Of a stretch of DNA of 32,038 nt, positions 9,145-19,400 are shown one piece after another. The position numbers were made by a program, and so were the translations under genes. Every line of letters starts with the position of its first letter. The first letter of the stretch is position 1. This stretch comes from a virus. Taxonomy: Duplodnaviria; Caudoviricetes. The notes beneath the pieces were generated by a model. It was not told the origin of the DNA and did no database searches. It saw only the letters and a program-made list of their open reading frames with translations. The stretch lies in the IMG/VR virus record IMGVR_UViG_3300020161_001601, positions 1 to 32,038 of that record; one strand, given 5' to 3'.

Positions 9145-9762
9145 TTATTTTTTAGGAAGATAATTTTTAGTATAATCTTTTTGAGCCGAATATATAGATG
9201 GGGATTTAGCATCTATTGATACATTGGATGGTATTTTTGTATTTTTTGTCGGCAACTCTGTTGAAGATTTTGAGTCTTTACCATCTCCAAAATCGGTAGT
9301 TCTCGTCTGCCTGTATGGATCTAGGAGGGTTTCAGCACCTTTACGGATAGATCCTAATTGTTCAATATCAGTTGAAGAGTTATCATCATATCTCAAAGCG
9401 TCTGGTATTGGGGCTAGATTTACTCCAGTATCGAAGTGTTCTAAAATTCTCATCGGCACTGTTATGAATTCATAATAAAGACCTGGTGCTTTTTCCAAAA
9501 CAATATCTACTAAAAATTCACTAGATTCATTGTATACATTACCTGGCTGATAAGAAGGTCTTACAGGTTTAATACTAGAAACTCGTATATTTAAACCACT
9601 ACTTATAAAACTTTTAATTTTTTCTATGTAATTGGAGCTTTGATTATTAAAAAAATCATCACTCCCATATCCATCTTTAAATTTAACTAGATCCCCTACT
9701 AATAGACCACCTCTAGTAAATCTTTGAATAGCTGATTCGTATAATTTTATAAATTTTCCCAT
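9145..9762 (-). CDS. Hypothetical late protein, possibly a virion internal/head protein
   Basis: 205-aa ORF preceded by a TAAATA motif. The N-terminus is MGKFIKLYE. Confidence 0.6.
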   Translation of the reverse strand: MGKFIKLYESAIQRFTRGGLLVGDLVKFKDGYGSDDFFNNQSSNYIEKIKSFISSGLNIRVSSIKPVRPSYQPGNVYNESSEFLVDIVLEKAPGLYYEFITVPMRILEHFDTGVNLAPIPDALRYDDNSSTDIEQLGSIRKGAETLLDPYRQTRTTDFGDGKDSKSSTELPTKNTKIPSNVSIDAKSPSIYSAQKDYTKNYLPKK

Positions 9763-9773
9763 AATTTGACTTA

Positions 9774-9781
9774 ATTATTTA
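9774..9781 (-). promoter_or_regulatory. Putative late promoter TAAATAWT
   Basis: The minus strand reads TAAATAattaagtcaaattATG. Confidence 0.55.
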
Positions 9782-9798
9782 TGCTTTAAGAAACATTT

Positions 9799-10371
9799 TT
9801 ACATATTTTGTTTTAAAAAAACAATATATCTATCATTATACTCCATTGTGGCGAAAACATTTCCCTTCAATATTTTTAGAATATTATCTATAGTTATTTC
9901 GCTCCAATCAACATCATTTGGATTTTTGGTACCAAAAAGCCTCAAATCATCTATTATAACTATATCTGTTTCATTTCTTTTTTTTATACTTTCCAATTCT
10001 TTTAAAAGAGGAACTTCAACATCCCCTTTAGCTGTATTATCTTTAGACCAATGACTATCTAAAAAGAATATTAAAGGTTGTTTAATATCTTCGCATATTT
10101 TTTCAATAACCACATCGGAACTACCCAAATGAAAATGTATATTTTCAATATTTTCGTATTTTGCTCTTTCTTTGCATATATTGTAAAAATTTTCAGATAA
10201 TTCTACAGTGTGTAATTTTTTAAAAAAAGGACATAATGAAAATATTGTTGAACCATAATGTGTACCAGTTTCTATAAAGGTATCAAAATTTATATTCTTG
10301 TATTTATTTTTTATTTCATCTCTAGAGTTTAGAATTGTCTTTATTTCTTCAATAGTTATTTTTCCAGCCAT
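9799..10371 (-). CDS. Class I SAM-dependent methyltransferase-like protein
   Basis: FIETGTHYG (motif I), TVELS (acidic end of strand 2), FHLGSS, IFFLDSHW and IVIIDDLRLF. The start is most likely ATG 10371 (MAGKIT), 8 nt after a TAAGTA variant motif. Confidence 0.75.
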   Translation of the reverse strand: MAGKITIEEIKTILNSRDEIKNKYKNINFDTFIETGTHYGSTIFSLCPFFKKLHTVELSENFYNICKERAKYENIENIHFHLGSSDVVIEKICEDIKQPLIFFLDSHWSKDNTAKGDVEVPLLKELESIKKRNETDIVIIDDLRLFGTKNPNDVDWSEITIDNILKILKGNVFATMEYNDRYIVFLKQNM

Positions 10372-10377
10372 ATAGAT

Positions 10378-10385
10378 ATTACTTA
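10378..10385 (-). promoter_or_regulatory. Variant late promoter TAAGTAAT
   Basis: The minus strand reads TAAGTAatatctatATG, one mismatch from the consensus. Confidence 0.4.
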
Positions 10386-10435
10386 ATTTTTTATTGCATA
10401 AAAGCAATATATCTTTCAATATTAAAATTTAAATC

Positions 10436-10443
10436 TAAATAAT
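10436..10443 (+). promoter_or_regulatory. Putative late promoter TAAATAWT
   Basis: tcTAAATAattctATG, nearly identical to the context at 3073-3088 (tcTAAATAtttctGTG). Confidence 0.65.
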
Positions 10444-10446
10444 TCT

Positions 10447-10920
10447 ATGGCTGCAATAATTGTAAAAGAGTTTAATCGTTTACCAAAAGCTAGAAAAAAT
10501 ACGTATATAGATTTGGAAGTAGATCTAGAAATAGATTACACTAGAACCAATCCGTTATATAATATTAAAGAGCAAAAAGATATAGTAGCTGATTACGATT
10601 TAAATGCTATAAAAAATAGCATATATAATATATTTACAACAATGCCAGGTCAAAAAATATTAAACCCAATCTTTGGTTTGAATTTATTACAATTTTTATT
10701 CACTGGAGTAACATCCGCTAATGCTAGATTGTTGGGAGATACTATATTACAAGGGTTGACTAGATTTGAACCTAGAATGACCGTTCAGAACATAAATATC
10801 ACAACAAATATGGATGAACAACAATACAATATAGATTTAGTATTATCCGTTCCGTCTCTAAACATTAATAATTTAGAAATAAAAGGGGCATTGGCAGAAT
10901 CTGGTTATTATTTTAATTAA
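10447..10920 (+). CDS. gp25: Baseplate wedge subunit / sheath initiator, gp25 family
   Basis: AIKNSIYNIFTTMPGQKILNPIFGLNLLQFLF...LTRFEPRMTV is the gpW/gp25 signature. It lies directly upstream of gp6. Confidence 0.92.
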   Translation: MAAIIVKEFNRLPKARKNTYIDLEVDLEIDYTRTNPLYNIKEQKDIVADYDLNAIKNSIYNIFTTMPGQKILNPIFGLNLLQFLFTGVTSANARLLGDTILQGLTRFEPRMTVQNINITTNMDEQQYNIDLVLSVPSLNINNLEIKGALAESGYYFN

Positions 10921-10925
10921 ATTAT

Positions 10926-12761
10926 ATGGCTGAAGACAACAACATAACAAATCAGAACTTTCCACTATCTTTCAATAGCTATGCGGCATTTGATGCCACA
11001 TCCATGAAAACCTTAATGCAACAAAGATTGATTGAAGGTGGAGTGTTCACTGATCAAATCTTTGAAGGTTCAAATTTCAACAGCTTATTGGACGTTATAG
11101 CTTACAGTTATCACGTTTTATTGTTTTATTTAAACAGAACAGCGAATGAATCAGCTTTCACAACTGCACAATTATATGAAAACGTTAATAGAATAGTTAA
11201 AACTTTGAATTATAATCCTATAGGAATTCAAACATCTGTTATGTCTTTTTCAGCAGCATCTAATTCGGATTTACCTATTGGAATATATACCGTTCCTAGA
11301 TATGCCTTTTTTACTATAAACGATTTAAAATATTCTTTTGTAGAAGATGTGACTTTTACCAAATCGGAATCTGGATTTGAAGTTTTAAATGATTTAAATG
11401 AATCTGCCTTATTATATCAAGGTTCATTCATTCAATATCCATTATACATTTCTACAGGTGAACCTTTTGAAGAATTGACATTAGTATCAGTCGATGAAAA
11501 TGGTGAAAATGATTTAATAGATCATAATAATATACACGTTTATGTAAAACCTCCCAACGAATCTTGGAGACAATTAAAAAACGTTAATAATTTATTTTTA
11601 GAAAATCCATTATCGGAATCATTTGAATTGAGGCTTAACGAGAATCAAAGATACGTTATTAAGTTTGGAGACGGTATAACTGGAAAAAAATTAAATGAAG
11701 GTGACATAGTTGTTATATATTATTTGAAGAGTGATGGTGTGAATGGTGAAATAGGTTCAAATTCTTTAAATGGGTCTAGAATGTTTTTATACAACTCGGT
11801 TGAATATAATGAAATTATGTCTAATATAAGATTTTCTGGAATGAAAATTTTAAATATTAATGAAGCTTTAAAAATAAATTTTATTAATACATTACCATCT
11901 TCCAAATTCACATTTCAAGAAGATGTTAATAGCATTAAGAAAAATGCAACCAATACATATAAAACGCAGTATAGGTTGATTAATTCTAGTGATTTTGAAA
12001 ATTATATTTTGAAAAATTTTTCAAATTTAATACAAGATGTTAAAGCTGTTGATAACTCGGTGTATACGAACGAGCACATGAAATATTATTTCGATTTAGG
12101 TTTAACTCAACCAAATTTAGATAGTAGAGTGATGTTCAATCAGATAAATTTTGGAAATTCTTCTTCTTTTAATAACATTAATTTATATTGCATACCAAAG
12201 GTTCCTCAAAATGAGAATGCGAATTATAATAGATTTTTAAATTTAGGTTTGAAAAATAAAATAAAAGATTTAATAACGCCCTTAAAAGTGATAACATCGG
12301 AAATAGTATTTCAAGATCCAGTCTACGTATCTTTAGGATTAGGAGTTGCAACAACTGAAGAAGTTTCAACTAAAAAATTATATCCAGAAATAATATCCGA
12401 AACAAAACTTTACATCAACAAAACGAATCAATCCTTTATAAGCAATCAATCATTAATAGAGAATGTGATAAATCTTTTCAAATCATATTTCGATAATTTA
12501 CAATTAGGGAAATATGTTAATATAGATCAATTAAATTCATCATTATACCAAGTTAATGGTTTGGATTCCTTTTATACTCAAAGATTAGTAAATGGTCAAA
12601 ATATTTTGGTAAATGGCTTGAGTTTTTTAATACACAATCCTATATATAACGCGCCTAGTGAAGATATTTTCATAACAACACAATCTGTAAAATTACCTTA
12701 TTTTAAAGCGGTTTCTTATGAAGATTATGATGTTTTAAGAAAAAATATTATCATAAATTAA
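10926..12761 (+). CDS. gp6: Baseplate wedge subunit gp6 (baseplate J-like)
   Basis: FTDQIFEGSNFNSLLDVIAY...ANESAFTTAQLYENV...LNYNP, IKFGDGITGKKL..GD.V...Y..SDG..G and QYRLINSSDFE. Confidence 0.92.
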   Translation: MAEDNNITNQNFPLSFNSYAAFDATSMKTLMQQRLIEGGVFTDQIFEGSNFNSLLDVIAYSYHVLLFYLNRTANESAFTTAQLYENVNRIVKTLNYNPIGIQTSVMSFSAASNSDLPIGIYTVPRYAFFTINDLKYSFVEDVTFTKSESGFEVLNDLNESALLYQGSFIQYPLYISTGEPFEELTLVSVDENGENDLIDHNNIHVYVKPPNESWRQLKNVNNLFLENPLSESFELRLNENQRYVIKFGDGITGKKLNEGDIVVIYYLKSDGVNGEIGSNSLNGSRMFLYNSVEYNEIMSNIRFSGMKILNINEALKINFINTLPSSKFTFQEDVNSIKKNATNTYKTQYRLINSSDFENYILKNFSNLIQDVKAVDNSVYTNEHMKYYFDLGLTQPNLDSRVMFNQINFGNSSSFNNINLYCIPKVPQNENANYNRFLNLGLKNKIKDLITPLKVITSEIVFQDPVYVSLGLGVATTEEVSTKKLYPEIISETKLYINKTNQSFISNQSLIENVINLFKSYFDNLQLGKYVNIDQLNSSLYQVNGLDSFYTQRLVNGQNILVNGLSFLIHNPIYNAPSEDIFITTQSVKLPYFKAVSYEDYDVLRKNIIIN

Positions 12762-12765
12762 ACAA

Positions 12766-15700
12766 ATGACACATTTATTATCCAGTGTAAAAATAGTATG
12801 TAAAGTTTATGATGATTATAGAGCGCCAGAAACTCACGAATCGTATACTTTAGAAAACACGGCTTTTTATTTCTCATTAAGTTGGAGTCCTAATTTTACA
12901 GATAGAAATTTTTATTCAAATAATTATGTGATATGGGATTTTGGGGATAATACTATTTTTACTGGATCATCTGCTAAACATTATTATAAATTTCCAAACA
13001 CATACAATGTTGGGGCTACAATTTTCGATAAAAATGGAGAGTCTTATAATTTAACACTTGAAAACACACTAACCGCTAAAAATATTTTTCCAGATTATAT
13101 CTACTTACATCCATTAAATCCGAATGGTAAAGCTTACAATTTACCAACAGGTAAAGCTAGTAATCAAATAATAGTAACCAGATATAATTCTTGGCAAAAT
13201 GAGGATTTTTTGAAAAAAAATGATTATACTATAAATTTATACGTATCTGGATCTAAAAGTGATCATTTAACACTCTCATCGTATTACACTAACAAATATA
13301 GCCATTTAAGAGCTTTCCATGGATTTGTAAGTGTATCTGTTAATTCAGATAATTTTTTACAAAGCAAAGTAGTTGAAAGTACTAAAACTAATTCAGTATC
13401 TGTATATGCGATACCGTATACAACTGGATATATTGACAATAATTGGAAAATGGATTTTAATTTTTACAGTAGCTATGTGGATGGTTCTTGTTTTATAGGA
13501 TCTAGTGGTAGCAATAAAGAGTTAGATAACATATATTTTGTTGACCAAAAACAGTCGGATTTCAATCAAAAAAGTGTTGATATAATATATGCATCATTTA
13601 ATTCTAAAGAATTTAACGATAATTATATTTTAAACAATAATGCTGATAATTTTTTTCAAAATTATGATGAAGGTTATTTCAACCTTCCATGGTCGGCTCA
13701 AACAGTTAGATCCATTTTTAATCCAGCATCTAGTATAAGAATTACCAGCAATGGAATTTCAATAGAAGGTAGTAATAAAACTGTTGGTACGTTATCCGCT
13801 CAATCGGTTTACCCATTTGACATATATCCCATAAAATGGAAAAATACGAATATACCATTTGTATTAAATTTAAAGGATAATGAGGATTATAGTGTAAAAG
13901 CGTATGAACCAATTTACAATTTTCATACAGGAAAATTTAATGAAGAATTGTATGATGTAAATTTAAAATTAATAAAATATGTGGATTTAGATCCACTTCA
14001 AGAGTATGTTAATGTAAGTGCTTATGAATTAAAAGACGCTGTTTTTACTAAAAATGAATCTGTGCCGAGATATAACGACTCACCTTATTTTGCTGGAAAG
14101 GTGTCTTTACCATACGAAGCCAAAACTGTCGCCATATCAGCAACTGTCAAAATACAAGACATCCCAGTTCCAAAAATATATCCGATATATGGTTTTCTGT
14201 CTCAAATAGGGGTTTCTAAAATTAAAAGATATCAAAAATTAAATGTTTATAATTATTGTGATACTGAAGAATTGGAATTTTTCTTTAAACCATCCTTATA
14301 CACTTTTACCGATACAACAACAGCTAATTTTCACGTATCTTATTGTCCTTTAAATTACATAGATGAAAACAAAGAAAATAGAGTTTTCATACTAGATGCG
14401 GACAATGATAAAATTTATAGAACAGATGTTGATGGGAATTCTATATCGATAATAGATTTAAAAGATATGGATTATTTGGATAATTCTGGAGCATTAAGGA
14501 GTAATATATCTTTTTTAAATCATAATAATACCGCAAGTCCAATGTGGTCAACCACTGATAGATTCGGAAATCTTTACGTCTCTTTAACAGATGCAATATC
14601 TGTTATAAAAATAAATTATGAAACCGATACTGTTAGTGTCGTATATTTACCACCTTTTTCTTCTGAAAATTTAGAACTTTTTGATATCGATTTATATCGT
14701 GAAAAGGGAAAAAATATATCTAAAATATCCAGTGGTTTTATAGACACTAAAACTATAGAACAAAAATATGATATAAGAACAATTCAAAAATATCCTCAAT
14801 ATTTTGGCTTTGTTGGTGAAAATACGATAATACCTAGCTGCGTTGATGTCGATTTAGATCATAATGTATATGTCGCTTATACTCACCCATTGTCAAATTT
14901 TGTTTGTAAATATGCTAATAATGGGGAATTATTGGATATTATATATTTTAATTATCTGGAAGTTCCACAAGAGATAATAGTCGATAATACTAACAATTTG
15001 TGGGTGGGTGTTGAGAATATTAATGAATCATCGTTTTTAAATTATGATAGGGAAGATTATGTTTATCATATAAATACAGAAACTTTAGAGAAAACTAAAA
15101 TTAGAGGAATAGAAGGTTTTGGCATGATGAGCATAGATGCTGAACAAAATCTATACGTTTTACACAAAACAGACACGATAAGTAAAATAGATTTTACGAC
15201 AAAAACTAAAAAAGATTATATTTTTAGTAAAGGAACTATTAGATATGAATATCTAAAAGACATTGGAGGAATAGCTGTTGACTCATCTGGCGAACTTTGG
15301 GTTGTGAACAATGTGGATGGTAAAATTTATTTCGCAGATACTAAAAATATGTCCACTCCATTATCTGCTTTACCATCTGTTAAGTTGAAAGATTTTCAAT
15401 TAAAAACATTACAAGATTTGCAAAGTGTTTATTTTGTGACAGGAGATTGGACTGGATTTAGATGGATTAATAAATTTATAAAAACTGAAAACCCACAACC
15501 TAGAACAATTCAAGGCTTGAGTACTTATTTTGATATATTAGAACCAAAACCAGCAATAGCTAAAAAGGGAGAAAATTTAGACGCATCTCTTCAATTCAAA
15601 TCATACGTTCAACAAGAATCATTATTTGATAAAAGAATATTGTTAGATGATTTTATAGGACAAATCATAGGTAAAAATGAAAATATAGATGAGATAGGGA

Positions 15701-16353
15701 AAATAATATACGAAAAAATAACAAATTTCGTAGAAAATAATTCTGATATAGATACTTGCAATATACAGCAATTGATATCATATGCGGAATCTACTGGTGT
15801 GGAATTGAATAAATACTTATACTCATACCCACCTTCCGTGCGAAGGTCTTTGGATCTCTTATCAATAGGACAAAAAAAGATTTTTGGAAGTCCTAATGTG
15901 TATAATAGAAATTTTGCACTTTCTTCTATAAGATATCTGAAAAATAACAATTTAGGTAGCGAGATAAATATAGAAAGTGGCAAATTTATAGCAGGGTATC
16001 CGATAGTTACATTTGAATTATTTTCTGAAAATTTTAATTTAGTTACGAATACTATAGTCGAAGGTTATAAAAATGGTGACATTATTCCCTTATCTTCTGT
16101 GAACTACAATTGGGGTTGGGGATTAGTTACAGCTACAAAAGAACAGTCTGGATCGGAAATAAAACAATATTATAAATTTTACAATTATATACCCAACAAA
16201 GAATTAGATATTTATGACAATATGATAGATTTTGATTCTGACTTTACCACAATAACACCTCAACAAACATCTTTCAAAGATTGGTCTAAATTTGGGGGCC
16301 AAATGGACAAATCTTTATCTTATAGTTTGTATAGAGGTTTGAAATTAATATAA
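12766..16353 (+). CDS. Large baseplate wedge protein (gp7/P2 gpI-like position) with a PKD domain and an NHL-type beta-propeller
   Basis: PKD signature VIWDFGDNT...KHYYKFPNTYNV. Repeated blades (VDVDLDHNVYVA, IIVDNTNNLWVG, IAVDSSGELWVV). C-terminal DIDTCNIQQLISYAESTG resembles gpI/gp7 wedge motifs. Follows gp6. Confidence 0.6.
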   Translation: MTHLLSSVKIVCKVYDDYRAPETHESYTLENTAFYFSLSWSPNFTDRNFYSNNYVIWDFGDNTIFTGSSAKHYYKFPNTYNVGATIFDKNGESYNLTLENTLTAKNIFPDYIYLHPLNPNGKAYNLPTGKASNQIIVTRYNSWQNEDFLKKNDYTINLYVSGSKSDHLTLSSYYTNKYSHLRAFHGFVSVSVNSDNFLQSKVVESTKTNSVSVYAIPYTTGYIDNNWKMDFNFYSSYVDGSCFIGSSGSNKELDNIYFVDQKQSDFNQKSVDIIYASFNSKEFNDNYILNNNADNFFQNYDEGYFNLPWSAQTVRSIFNPASSIRITSNGISIEGSNKTVGTLSAQSVYPFDIYPIKWKNTNIPFVLNLKDNEDYSVKAYEPIYNFHTGKFNEELYDVNLKLIKYVDLDPLQEYVNVSAYELKDAVFTKNESVPRYNDSPYFAGKVSLPYEAKTVAISATVKIQDIPVPKIYPIYGFLSQIGVSKIKRYQKLNVYNYCDTEELEFFFKPSLYTFTDTTTANFHVSYCPLNYIDENKENRVFILDADNDKIYRTDVDGNSISIIDLKDMDYLDNSGALRSNISFLNHNNTASPMWSTTDRFGNLYVSLTDAISVIKINYETDTVSVVYLPPFSSENLELFDIDLYREKGKNISKISSGFIDTKTIEQKYDIRTIQKYPQYFGFVGENTIIPSCVDVDLDHNVYVAYTHPLSNFVCKYANNGELLDIIYFNYLEVPQEIIVDNTNNLWVGVENINESSFLNYDREDYVYHINTETLEKTKIRGIEGFGMMSIDAEQNLYVLHKTDTISKIDFTTKTKKDYIFSKGTIRYEYLKDIGGIAVDSSGELWVVNNVDGKIYFADTKNMSTPLSALPSVKLKDFQLKTLQDLQSVYFVTGDWTGFRWINKFIKTENPQPRTIQGLSTYFDILEPKPAIAKKGENLDASLQFKSYVQQESLFDKRILLDDFIGQIIGKNENIDEIGKIIYEKITNFVENNSDIDTCNIQQLISYAESTGVELNKYLYSYPPSVRRSLDLLSIGQKKIFGSPNVYNRNFALSSIRYLKNNNLGSEINIESGKFIAGYPIVTFELFSENFNLVTNTIVEGYKNGDIIPLSSVNYNWGWGLVTATKEQSGSEIKQYYKFYNYIPNKELDIYDNMIDFDSDFTTITPQQTSFKDWSKFGGQMDKSLSYSLYRGLKLI

Positions 16354-16379
16354 TACTCTTTAAAATTTTATTTTTCCTG

Positions 16380-16387
16380 TAAATAAT
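16380..16387 (+). promoter_or_regulatory. Putative late promoter TAAATAWT
   Basis: TAAATAat in a 52-nt intergenic gap, 20 nt before ATG 16406. Confidence 0.5.
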
Positions 16388-16405
16388 TACATCTAATAAC
16401 ATATA

Positions 16406-19400
16406 ATGGATTTTTCATTTTTACCATACAGTATAGTCAATGATGTAGATAATCCAAAGGATTACGAAGCCCCTTATTCGTTTTTATCTTTTATTCAATA
16501 TGAAAGTTATCAATCCTTTGAATTAGATAAAAATTTTAAAAATTATCAAAATTATATTTTTAAATGGTCATCTAAAAAAAACATTAAAAAGTCGAAGGAA
16601 AAAGAAATAATCAGAGATGCTTATGTTAATCTTTTAAGAGAAATAACATTAAATTTTTCCACAGAAGAAGAAAAAAGATTTATATTAAATTCCGATTTTA
16701 CAGATGATTCGGATTTGGACATCATTATTCCTTTTTTTATACAGAAATTAAAGCAAATATCTTTTTATTATAAAAGTAAGAGAAAAGATGTAAAGGATAG
16801 TGTTTTAAGATATAACCTAAAAGGTAGCAACATAGGTGTTGAAAGTATTGTTAAAAAAATAATATTTGAATACATAGAAAACAATGTAGATACTAAAGGT
16901 AGTAAATTATCCTCTTTTTATAACAATTTTGATATAAATGTTGAGGAATTGTATGGGAGAAATGATCCTTTTTATAATAAATCTGATAATACAGAATTCA
17001 CATATACGAATGAATTAGATTACAATATATTTTTAAATTTTAAAGAATCTATAATAAATTCAATATCTGCATATCCATTATATTTAAAATCTTCGAATAA
17101 TGATTATATTTCAGATTTCACATTCAATCCAATATTAAGTGGAGATGAATTATATTATTTAAAAAATAGAGATTTTTTAAATTACATTTTATCTGAGAAT
17201 AATGAAGATTTAAAATTAAATCTCTTTAAATCATTGTATCCAAAATTTATAAGCACTGATTTTTATTACATATCCACAAATTCTGAAAATAAAAGCGTTT
17301 CTGGATTACTATTCGAATCTAAAAAAAATGGATCTGAATTTTTAAATAAACACTTTTCCACAAATATATTAAACCAACCTTTAAATCAGTTATATTCATT
17401 ATATGAATTGGGGGGTTTTTTCATACCACAGAACCAAACATTATTAATTTATAATACTCCGAGTAAAACATATTCTTTAAATTCAAATAATACCTTACCA
17501 GATAAAGTTTACATTTTTCCAAATCCAGATCAAATAGGAAACACAATATATACATCCGATAAAGAAAATAATGATTCTCCTTTAATTTATAGTGTGAATG
17601 TCGATTGGAATAGAACAAAGATATCCGATGGTTTTAGATTCAATGACGTTTTAAGCAACAATTATGATAAACTTTTTTATGGCTATCAAAGTAGACAACA
17701 AAATACTAAAATATCCACAGAAGGTGTTTCTAAAGTTACGGATAATATAACTTTTTGGGGTGGGGATAAAGATCAAATATGGCAAGGTACTTTTGATGTA
17801 GATATATACCCTATAGAAAAAGATACTAAAAATTTATTATTAGATGAAGGTGTTGTTGTTGATTGGTATACTGATGAATATAGTAACGAATTTGGTTTAT
17901 ACAAAAAACTTAACACTGAAACGAAAAATATTTCAGGAGATTTATACGATGGGGGTCTGATTAACGGATCATCTACAGTTTTTTCAAATAAAAAAGTAGA
18001 AAATTCTTCAATATATGAAAAGAAAAACACTAAGACTGGTAAAATATTTGTAAGAAATAATTTTTATAATACTGTAAATGATATTAATACAGCATTTTCT
18101 AAAATATTTTTTAAATATCCAGACTTCGTGGTGGATGAAATAAATGATAAAGTTTTAAAACTATTTGTAATCAATAACGTAATAGTTATAGAAACTGAAA
18201 ATTATGTTATTAGTGATTCATATTTGTATGATATAGAAAATAACGAATTTCAAAACGCGAGTACTAAACCGTTTTATAATAAAAAAGTAGGATTTAATAA
18301 ATTTCTAGATACATTTATAAACCCATGGTATGATGAAAAAAATAAAAAAATATTTTTAGTTTTTATAAAAACTTTAGAAAATTCATTATCAGCATCAAAT
18401 TACAAATATATTTGTCCAGAGATATATGCTTCAAATCTGGATAGTTTAAATTATAGCAAAATATATCCTAATAATAAAACTCTAACCAATGTATATTCCC
18501 TTTCCAGCCCTTATGGAGATGTGCCAGAAATAAATTTAGTGGAGTATTCTGGAGGATCTTTTAGAAAAAATTCATTTTTAAACGAATATAATTTCAGTTA
18601 TTTTTCTAGAAATTTAAATTCCATACCCTTTATAGTAAACGAAAAATTATATTATAAACCAGAAGACAACACTTTTGTATCAGAAGGTCCGTTATTGTTA
18701 AAACCATTTTATTATTTTTTAGACAATAATTACGCAAATCCTTCCGCGACATATTATGTCAGAGCTATATCTAATAAATCGGGTTATATAGGAGTTAGAG
18801 ATGACGATTCTTTAAATATAGTTGACACGCTACCATATAGTGTAAATTACGCATTTGCTTCAAATGTTGAAACTTTAGAAATAAACCAAGTTGGAAATTA
18901 TGTTGTACACTTTGATTGGGAATCTTATGATAACACTAATATTTTTGTAGGTAAAGAATTTTTTAATGTTAAAGAAGTTCAAAACAATTTATTAGTAACC
19001 CACACAGATGAATTGTCACAATCAACCACAACTACGTATTTGACATCATATAATGAAACAAAAAATATTTTTAATTTTTTCGTAGATGGTATAGAATTTT
19101 ATGTAAATGTTACAAGACCAACATACCCTTACGATGAAGTTGTTTTTATAGATGTCAACACTACTCAAAATGTTAAATTTTCTGGATTTTTATCAAATAA
19201 CTTATCTGGCATATATAAAAGATTAAAAATAGAGAAGGTTGGATCTGGTAAAGGTGATGTGTTTACAGACCCTCCATGCATTTATTGTGGAGATAATTGC
19301 GAATATTTATATTCGGCAAATTCCACAATAACTCTGATTGCTTCAGCGGCATCTAATAGTAGATTTTCATCATGGTTGGGGGATACGGAATGTAATGGTA

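Noticed and set aside
10393-10408. Inverted repeat ATTGC-ataaaa-GCAAT between the divergent methyltransferase and gp25 genes
   Set aside because: A 5-bp stem in very AT-rich DNA is within chance expectation, and no second copy was seen.
3086-16353. Bacterial contractile injection system, tailocin or T6SS instead of a phage
   Set aside because: The T4-type gp6/gp53, gp44-like clamp loader, dUTPase and T4-like late motifs, with no host housekeeping genes, favour a lytic phage genome.
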